A stretch of DNA of 64,000 nucleotides, from the NCBI GenBank assembly GCA_048128005.1, contig JBEUKZ010000062.1, positions 124,001 through 188,000 on the forward strand, given 5' to 3'. Below, in pieces: positions 54,780 through 64,000 of the stretch. The DNA comes from Veleropilina oligotropha (taxonomy: Eukaryota). The translations under genes and the position numbers were made by a program. The notes below the pieces were generated by a model, which saw nothing but the letters and a program-made list of their open reading frames with translations, did no database searches and had not been told where the DNA came from. Position 1 is the first letter of the stretch. Each line of letters opens with the position of its first letter.

Positions 54780-56090
54780 ATGGATAGAAATGCCTTTGCT
54801 TTTAATAGGAGTGCCTCTTATCAAGCCGGCGGTGTGTATGTGGCCGACAGAATGTCTGCACAAGCACATACAGTCCGAATAAATGATGATCAGCTTACAA
54901 AACCAAGCATCCAGATAGGCAATACCCATCCTGCATTCCACGCAGTGTATCCAGATGTGTTTCAAAAGTACCGGCTTCCGCATGTGGCGAGTGACAAGCT
55001 AATACAGGCTTGGCACAGCACACCCATGCGGCTTTGGCAGAACCAGGTTAATTTTGATGTATGGTGTTCTGCGACTGGGTCCGGAGTTTCTACAGAAGAC
55101 CACTTGACTGCAGTCGACCCCCTGACCAGAGCCGTTTTCACCTTCCATGTTTACTATCAGATCAGACGGGTATTGGCCGAAATGCAGGCCGCGCTACCTC
55201 AAGACACGATATGGGATGCATTCGATAACCCCTACGATCGCAGGGCGTATGAGAAGATCTGCAACGAGTTTGGAGTGTCTCCGCACACCGATTGGCGAGT
55301 CAAGGGTCTCAATAGCGGACTCAGCACAGCTTACAACTACTGGACAAACAATGTGTACCACTCCATAGGACGGGACTATGATCCCGACACGATGTCATTC
55401 ACAAGCGACTCCGTCGCAAAGGACGTGCATGCGGACTATATAGCACAGGATTCAACGGTAGCCAACGGCTGAGCTTCGTTTATTCTCGACAAATCGGCGG
55501 GATTTACTCAACCCGGTGTGGAAAGGCTCAATGATTCCATTAGGAATTATGTCTGGGCGATTCTTGATGCGCAGGCTGAAACACGTAGAAGTATTCTGGG
55601 TAGTGGCACAGCATTTGACGCTCAAAATCAATTCCTGTCAAACGTGGAAGATGCCATCTCATCTCCAGTCGATTTGCCGTCAGCTATCAAACGGTTCCAA
55701 GATGTGCTACAGTATGCCAGATCTAAGGTCGACTTCGTATTTGGCGTTGGCCTTTAAATAGCGCCGAGTGACATGGTTTTACGCATCTGTCGGGTAGCTG
55801 GTTACAATAACGAAATCGTGGTGGCGACTCAGAATCAGACACTAGGTCTTAATACAACTGTCAACATAGCAAGTGTGCCCGATAGAATGTCGGCCACTGG
55901 AGAGACAGGACTTGTCATTTCAATAACCCAGCCGGTAAAAACAAGCAGGCCACCAACATACAGTGCCGGGGGCGCTACAAAACCCACGAATGCCCGTGCC
56001 GGAGGCAATCGGCACAATGAAGAAAAGACTGCGCTCCATGTGGGTTGCGTTGCTGTTGGCCTAGCCTTTATATGGTTGAGCTCTGATTAA
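54780..56090 (+). pseudogene. TM-anchored protein, copy 3, with in-frame stops
   Basis: Pieces 54780..55472, 55518..55757 and 55773..56090 align with 1557..2840. Confidence 0.8.
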
Positions 56091-57775
56091 GCAATCCCCA
56101 GCCACCTCGTTGCAACCAGCCCTCCAACCGCAATGATCACTACCCACAGGTTTTCAGCAAGCCATGATACTGTTTTGCCAAACAGATTGATAAGCCATGA
56201 AAGCAGGTGTCCAAAAATGCCCGGGAGTGCAGCTGCTGCCTTCCCCGCCAATTTAGGCAGTATTCGACCCCGGTTTTGCATATGCTTTTCCTGCCAGTCT
56301 TTCAGACCCGAATCGCCAGAAAGTGGTGGCATGGGACTAGGGGGTGGTGGGGGAATAGTTGCTCAACCGGTTAGTGCCAGTATCAGCGTCGAGATGGCCA
56401 GCCTAATAGCGGTGAGTATGGTTGCGATCGTCACTCCCTGCTCTCGGAAGAGTGTACGAACCCACTCGGCAAGCGTTGTGTCTTCATTCAGAATGCTGTT
56501 GCTGGTTTCTCTGATACAGTTTATCTGAGAGCGCAGGGCATCCCGACTGGACGAGGCCGCCTCTAGGCGAGCTGCTCGTTCATCATTTAAGTCGCGCAGG
56601 CGTTCTGCAATTCGTGGACGAGCAAACTCTTGATCGTCGCTTTCATCCGCCTGGTCGAGCTTCCGTTTCTCTAGAGCAATGTGGTCATCAAGCGCAGATA
56701 GTTTGGCTAAGTTGTTGGTTAGCTCGCCTCGAATAGTCTGCATTGCTTTATCAAGCCCGCGTAACTCGCGCAGATTTAAAGGAGGGTCGTGCATTGTGGT
56801 CAAGATATTATCAATCTCGGCATCTGTGAACGTCGTCTCCATTATGTGGATCGCTTCTAATGCATCTTTAGCTGTTTGCCCCAAGTCGTGTAGTTCTACG
56901 TTATCTACCTTGGCGGCCGCACCGCCCAACTCATTGTTGGCTGCTTGGAGAGCTGCAACAGCTTTTCAGGACAGCTTTTGTCCTCGCTTCCAGTCTACAA
57001 AACCCAGTCCATCTCTGATCGCGTTACCCCCACCACGCCGACGAGCTATTGTTGACAACGATTTGGGTTTACCCATGCTAGAATTGATTAGATCAACGTT
57101 CGGATAGGCCATCAGTCGCAATTGCCCATCCACGTAATCCAACTGTGAGTAATCATAGGCCAGAGGGAGAAGGGGGGGGGGGGGTATTACCACCGGAGTG
57201 GGGGCAAAATCTAATTTGTTTTTTCTGTAAGCATTTTTCCCCAGGAGTTCAAGGGCCGTTTCCGAGATATTTGAGGTCAAAGGTCACCAAAGGTCAGTAA
57301 AAGGAAAAATCGCCTGAATGAGAAAATTGATGTGTTCGGCATCTAAATTTATTATAGTCATGTGAAACTGGACAAAGCATCCTCTAGAATCGTTACGAAC
57401 ATCTGTGACTTCATAATGTGAGACGTAATAGTCCCATAACACTATCATGTGACGTCATCAGAGTCGAATTGGGAAATAAGTCTAATCTCGAATCACTGCG
57501 TCACAAATGCAAATTATAACAAGTGACCATGTAGCCGGTATCATAAAACAACAACGATCGATTGTAATTTGGATAAATATAACAGAAATGATATAGTTGG
57601 GTTAGTCAGTAAGTTAACTGTATGGAATCGTGAAAGTAACTTACCTTACAATCATCACAATAAATCGTCCGACACTTGTTCTGCAAAATCTTCTATCGAG
57701 TAACTTTCAGTTTCATCGTACATGATGTCGTCATATACAGCGTTTGCCTGTTCGAATTCGACGTCCGATTAATCA

Positions 57776-60700
57776 TCAGTTTCTATTAAAAGTTCCGATA
57801 TTTCCTCTGGGTAAGGTATTTCGACCCATTTTATTCGAAAATCGCCCATCCATCCACTTTCTGACACCGGTGGACAGCGACAAAATAGGCAGATCAGATA
57901 GTCGCCACATACGTGCTATATAGTTCGCACGCATGCAATGGAGCACAAGAGACGACCTACATGGAGGCAGAAAGCAAAGGTCGATTATTTTGCCGCGTTT
58001 ATAATTACTCCAAAATATTTTGTACCTTGCTTCATTGACACTGTTGCATTTTTTTTGTCCATAGAAGAGGCATACGATTTTCACAAGTTCATCTTGGAGA
58101 TTGTGTGACACTTCCGGTTCTGTGCCTAGGCGACAGAATGACTCCAACATGTTCTCATCATCCTTAATTTTCTCCCACAAATTTAATTTACCTTTGTAAA
58201 AGAAAGCTGAGTTGTAATCATTCCCAGTTAATGCATGGAAGCCTGTGACGGCCTTTTTCTGTGTTGGACTCATTGATGATTCACAAATGTTCAAAACTTT
58301 CCTAGACTTTCCTGTGCCATTGTCAATGTATATCTTCAGATTTTCGTGTTGGATGTTTAAGAGGACTACGGGAATGTCAACGTCCCCAGATGGTGACCGT
58401 ACCAAACATACCGTTTTCTGCCCGCTGTTACAATCCGCAGCATGTTTTGCCAAGTACGCGATCATCGTGTCGGCCTCCATGTGGTCGGTGGACAGGCTGT
58501 CTACAGCATTGACTCCATTACCCGTAATCCTCAGACATTTCGAGCCCGTGGTGTAGTAGACAATTCTGTCACCCTGATTACCTCTCTCTTCTACAAGTAC
58601 GTCCTTTATCCTTTCCAGCATTTGTTGTTTGTTGCTGCTGTTCTTCATGAAGGTTGAAAAGTCCGGAATCTTCATATCTGGCTTGGATACATTGTACTCG
58701 GTGGTATTTCTATGATCTGCTCTTCGTGCGTGCTCTGCATTCTTAATGCTAACACAATCATAACGATCGCATGCAAGGTACACAGTTTTGTATCGTGTGG
58801 GTATGTCGTTCAGCAGGCGTCTGGCTAAGAGTCTGAATGTATCCGGAACATTGACCATAGCACGTATCTGGGCTATAACATCTAATATATATACGACGTT
58901 ATGATCTGGTGGAGGCTGGTTGCTTGATGGTATTTGCAAAACATCCATCAACTTGGATTTCACAGTTTTTCTTTGTGTTCCGTCGGATGAGGCAAGGGAC
59001 AGAGGAACGGGTGCAGAGGATACGACAGGGTGGCCTTAAAGTCAATGGGTTTCTCCATCTCTGTCGATTTGGCTGCCAGCATTCCCAAAATGTCTCTTTG
59101 AAGGGCTATTTCTTTAACCTTCCCACTTTTTGATTTCACGGTACATTTAACCACGCCATCTTTGAAAGACTTCCATGGGACACGCGATATAGGGTCAAAA
59201 AATGCACTTGCCCCATCTTTCCCGGTTAAGCGTTCTGAGAACTTTTCAAGTTGCTTCGCACCACGTTTGTGACAGGACAACAACGTGTCAGCTGCGGTCT
59301 GTTCAAGAGGCTTCCCGGACACGAGATTGAACAGGTTGTCGGGATTCAGTGATTTGTCAAACGGCATGACAAAATATTGAGTGATTGTCTGCATTATGTT
59401 TTTCACTGTATTCTCAGATTTTTTAATTTGGCTCGGCCTTAAGCTTTTTCCTGGATTCGCTGCAATGTCCATATCTGCCAGTTGAATTAAGGCCTCAACC
59501 ATCTGGGCTGCGTAGGGACGGTTTCTGACCCACTTTTCGTAGGAGTCTGGACGATTCGACAAATTCCGTAGACCACCTGCTGTTTTGGCGCTCCGCATGA
59601 ACGTCTGTTCTCCACCTGCATCTATACTTTGGCCAATGCCATCATCGTTTCGACAAACCGATACTGTGCTCATTTCTTTTCTGGCGCCCGGGTGGGTATG
59701 ATCTAGATTCATCAATTGCTGACAGTAGTATGATCCATATCGAGCGTAGTTCGTTTTATTCATGGAAAAGTAAAATGGTAAGAACTCTTGCCAGCATCGT
59801 AGACGAGCATCGAAGTCATTCAAATTTATCGCTGAGTGCATGACTAACTGCCGGTCTATCATGTCCATATACATCATCCAATATCCATTCAGACATTCGG
59901 TCTTCAACGATGCGTATTTTTGATGAAATTCATCCAGTATTCCGCTCTGTAGTAATGCCCTACGAATGTCGGGTTGATCCGGTACCCCAGAGATGAATTC
60001 AGTTATTTGGCGCATTTCTTCGCTCATGTATTCACTCACGAAAAATCGATCGATAGCCTCGGCGAACGCCTCATGCGTAGTCCATGCCCGATTATAATGC
60101 TTGCCGCTGAGGATATCTCGTATGGTACCGGTATGTGCTTCTCCAGACTGAAAAACTATTTCATCGAAACCGCTCCCCTCGACAAACTTTCCAACCACTG
60201 AAAAGTTCTCCATAAATGCGTGCATGTCACCCAGATGAATTATGACATTTATTAACGTGATCGGATTGTTCCATACGACATGCAGAAATTTAGAAGCAGC
60301 CCCTACGTCAGCGACGATCTGTACATATTTCAAATTGCAATGCTCCGCCAGGAATATGAATGAACAGGCCAATAACTAGGGGAATAATAATGTAAGCGCT
60401 TTGAGCACGCATTTCATATGTGTGGGAAAGCGCAGATAAATCTTCACATTATTATTCGCTGTGATTGGTAAATGCATTCAGTTACTGTACCGTAGTCGGT
60501 TATGGGTCGCATAATTGGAGGTAGGAAAGTCATATAAGTTTTTGGATGCATGGGGTTGGCGTATTGCTCGATTATGTGACCGCTGAATCGAGGTATTATT
60601 TGGTTGGATAGCCCATGATACTTTCTCATTGTCTTCCAGAGAAAAAGTTCTCGTTCGTTTTCTCGAGCCGCCAGTTGGCTTGATGGTGGAGTAGACGGGA

Positions 60701-62257
60701 ACGTCGGTGGAGGAACATGGGGATTATCTTACAAATTGGTAGTGTCGTAGCTTGTGCATGATAGCCTCTGCTTCTTTGTGCATCAGTCGATGAGACAGAA
60801 GGGCGCGCTACAGCACCTTCGCCGGATTCTTGCCAACCGATACCATGAGTTGTATGAATTCCTCCACTTTGGTTTTCTTTATATTCGTCGTAGTTGTCCC
60901 ACCAGAAAATAGTGTGGACGACGTCTTGGTCGGTCTTTGGAATAAGCGGCAGTTCATAGCCACCTTCTGACAGTTTCCGCGCTAGTTCTGCCTGTCCCGC
61001 TTCAATGGCCCTGATCGTATCATATTTGATACAGTGTCCGAATCTCGCCAAAATAGAGACTGGGATTTTCTGGCCAGTTAGACTGTGTAAACCTGTACCT
61101 AGCATGACATGTTTTTCAGTGAAAAAGGAACCTCCGGAGCAACAAAATATAATATCCTGCGCCACTGAATCGACAAATCGTTTGATTTCTGTTCCCGGGA
61201 CATGTTGGTATTTCTTGTTATGTAGTACATCCAATATGAAGTCGATGAGATGACCAGGTGCCTTGCGATCCTGTCGCCGTAAGGCTTCGGTTGTTGGAGG
61301 CCATGGCATTGGTTCAGCATTGCCAATTACTTCGTCCATTTCCCGCTGTAGAACCCCTGACACGCGATCGAAGCACATGCGATCATTATTCTTCACAAAC
61401 CCTTTGGCATCTACATTCGTGATGGACGTCAGACTAATGACAATTTGTACAGAATGATAGTCCACTGTCACATACAGTAGCTGGTCTGGAAACAAAGTCT
61501 GCAATTTTTCTTTCACTTTGCCTCTACGACGACTGTCATCCGGATCAAATCCGTACAGTTCGGTGAGCAGACGCAATGAAACGGATCTTCCGTTATCAAT
61601 TATGTTTTCCTGCACAAATTGCTTCAGTTCTTGAAGTTTGTCGGGGTTTGGTTGGTTATAATCTTCTGTCGCATCAACGGAATTTGTTGGTCGACGATTG
61701 CTCGACATATTTCGTGTATAATCACGGAAACATTTACGGTGCATCATAAATTCTCGTGCTATGAGGTCTTGTCCTCGGATTTTTGTCAGCATTTCTTCGT
61801 CGCCGGATATTGACGCCGCATCAAGAACAGATTGGCATGCATTTTTCGTGGCCAACGGGGCAGGCTTTTGCCTTTCGCCACCATGTTTGATAACATTTGG
61901 TGACAGGCATTTGGGATGCATGCAGTGTTTTGGAAACAGAATAGCGGTGGGAGCCACAATTTCACACCTTTTCTTTCGTGTACTCGGTGGAGTTTCCATT
62001 TCTATTTTCCGCCCTTTCTTTTTGAAAACTGATATAGCCATCGTATACTTTTTGTAACACGACTGGTGACATGTATAACATTCGTCAAAGGCCATAGGGA
62101 TGCCCCCACCTTGTGGTTCATGGCTGTTGGCTCCGCTTAGCCGCTCTCTCGCATTCTTGGCTTCAAGGAGACGGTCATACTTTTCTCTTGTCAATGGCAA
62201 CAAGTTATCTTCATCCGTTCCAATTCCTTGATAATGCACTACACATTTCACACTCAT
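57776..62257 (-). pseudogene. Academ transposase with XPG/FEN-like nuclease domain, frameshifted
   Basis: WWDNYD, HLGDMH, GKHYNRA, NYARY, DAGGEQT; then HMEADT, SPSGDVDI, FHALTGNDYNSAF and LPPC...HCMRANY. Confidence 0.8.
60352..60456 (+). mobile_element. 5'-truncated L2/SINE 3' tail inserted in the Academ transposase
   Basis: TGTAAGCGCTTTGAGCAC...GGGAAAGCGCAGATAAATCTTCAC(ATT)n interrupts QSQR/AEHCN and matches the SINE tail at 36972-37030. Confidence 0.7.
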
Positions 62258-63436
62258 TATAAATTCAGAAAATAATTATTCCAACTCGACAGTCAATATA
62301 AGAATGAGGCTATATATCGGGGAGCTTGACTTCACAATAATATGAAATTACTCTATCGAATATCACATTGAAAAGCCATCTAGGAATGAACGGTGATTTT
62401 GAAGGTAGTAGGACTAAGACAGTGAGTTTACTTGAAAACTTAAACTCATGATAAGAATATACGTCATCACCGAATTATCACAGGCTCTTAAATACACCAA
62501 CATGGGCTTGCATGTCTTCAATACCATAATCTGGACAATTTTCGTATTATCGCACACATTATTATATATGGCTGCATAAATTTACCGAAACAGAAAATAT
62601 GTATCGTTAATCATACGCAACGGAAGTCGTGTCATCCTTGTCCAGATCGATTTTCCGCATCTTTCTGGTCGAAAGCTATTCATACCGATGATCGCTTTCA
62701 CGCATGTTTCTAGTTTGCGTCTATTGGCTGTGACTTAAGGTGCTCATTTAATTATAAATATATAAACATTTTATGCATGCTTGTTACCAGGTAGCTCCTG
62801 AATTACAATATTAAAACCCATCAGTCACGAAAATTATGGACGCGCATACAGAAAACTAGTCTGAAGTCAGTGGATTCGACACTTATGACGTCACATGTTA
62901 ATGTTATCGGATTATGACGTCATAGTTTAGGTTCCTAACGATTCTAGAGGATGTCTTACCCATCTTAGCACGATTATATTCAATTTATATGACAGACACA
63001 TATTAATTTTCTCATTTCGTTGATTTTACCTTTTGCCGACCCTTGGTGACCTTTGACCTCATTTAACTCCGAAACGGCCCCTGACCTGACTGATTACCTC
63101 CCAGATTCGAATTCCTGGGGAAAAATGCCTCTAGAAAAGTTAACTTAGATTTTGCCCCCACTCGGGTGGTAATGCCCCCCTTCTCCCTCTGGCCTATCAC
63201 GCCCCGTGGCAGGAGTTTGCCCCTCATTTGCAAGAGAGTTGTAGTAGTCATCAACAGCTGTTTGCACAAGCTCTTGCCGCAGACCACTGGTTCCTTCCTG
63301 TGGCAGTGCCGGAGGCACAATCCAGTCAGTGGAATCATCATCGTCGACGATATCATCAGGCTCGAATGTTAGGTTATCGAACTCCGCCGTTTGAATACAA
63401 CTAATTAACTAATCAAAGAGACATCCATCTAATATA

Positions 63437-64000
63437 ATGGCCAGCCTATACGGACGCAAACTCGATTCATACCGAAGACTGCGAGAGCCCCTTGGGGTCA
63501 AGGGTATTCGCCAGTCGGTTACCATAACTAACAACCCATCAACTATTGGCGCCAACCAGCAGCTGGTGGTTAGGTTCCCTAATCTCGGGGCCCATGACGT
63601 TATCGTGCCAGGGACTGCACACTTGGCATTTACAATCTCTCTCAAGTCGTCTAACCAGAACAGTAGTTCAGAACCTTGGTCGCGCCGTGATCAAGACGAC
63701 CACAATCAAGATTAGTGGAAACGAGGTTATGTCTGTCGACGACTCCGACAACGCTCAATCCTACAACGATCTCTGGAAGACATCACAGGAGCGTAAGAAC
63801 GCCCAATACCAAGGAATTGATACCAGCGAAGGAAAAAATACTACCAAGCATCGTGTCGCTGCGGCAGACGCATTCAGAGTGTCTGAAGATATGGAAATAT
63901 CTTCCACCTATGGTAATAGATTCCGCATCCCGCTCAACATTGAGTTGGTGGGGAGTCACATGCCATTTTACGAGAGTGCTCTTGGGGAAAGGATTGAGTA
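63437..64000 (+). pseudogene. Major capsid protein, copy 3, 5' part, frameshifted
   Basis: MASLYGRKLDSYRRLREPLGVKGIRQS...; frame lost near 63660. Confidence 0.8.

Larger units (their letters stand above)
57156..63196 (-). mobile_element. Academ (AcademX-type) DNA transposon, 6041 bp, TAG...CTA termini, 3-bp TSD TCA
   Basis: TIR TAGGCCAGAGGGAGAAGGG...TTACCACC(G/C)GAGTGGGGGCAAAATCTAA at both ends; TCA at 57153-57155 and 63197-63199; the empty site reconstitutes the viral gene. Confidence 0.88.
56087..63390 (-). pseudogene. Coiled-coil membrane protein, copy 3, split by the Academ insertion
   Basis: 5' part 63197-63390 and 3' part 56087-57155 rejoin to match copy 1 (ATGRDYS region). Confidence 0.8.
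52785..64000. mobile_element. Endogenous Polinton-like virus, copy 3 (most diverged, pseudogenised, interrupted by Academ, continues beyond window; left boundary uncertain)
   Basis: Colinear homologues of the secreted peptide, PSAP protein, 116-aa protein, penton, TM-anchored protein, coiled-coil protein and MCP. Confidence 0.88.

Overview
Repeat-rich, AT-rich eukaryotic (probably marine-invertebrate) DNA with no recognisable host gene. It is dominated by three co-oriented, mutually divergent copies of one GC-rich endogenous Polinton/Maverick-like (adintovirus/MELD-type) virus. Copy 1 (1-14253, left part outside the window) looks intact. Copy 2 (20867 to about 36660) has its left terminus, has lost the right one and carries several lesions. 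Copy 3 (about 52785 to beyond 64000) is decayed and split by a 6-kb Academ-type transposon. The element has AGCAGCAG...CTGCTGCT inverted termini. It encodes a probable double-jelly-roll major capsid protein, a penton, an A32/FtsK packaging ATPase, an rve integrase and about seven membrane-type proteins, one starting with tandem PSAP/LYPxL ESCRT late-domain motifs. It also carries a secreted prepropeptide with a variable C-terminus. Its most unusual gene is a 1284-aa replicase: HeH, putative terminal protein, vOTU-like protease, PolB palm with no recognisable exonuclease, SF1 helicase and HNH-type nuclease. No stand-alone adenain-type protease is visible. Between the copies lie host interspersed repeats, SINEs, MITEs, a ~152-bp satellite, an 857-bp tandem duplication, and a decayed DDE transposase ending in a Spindlin-like (Spin/Ssty) Tudor domain. 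All assignments come from motif recognition by eye; no searches were run.
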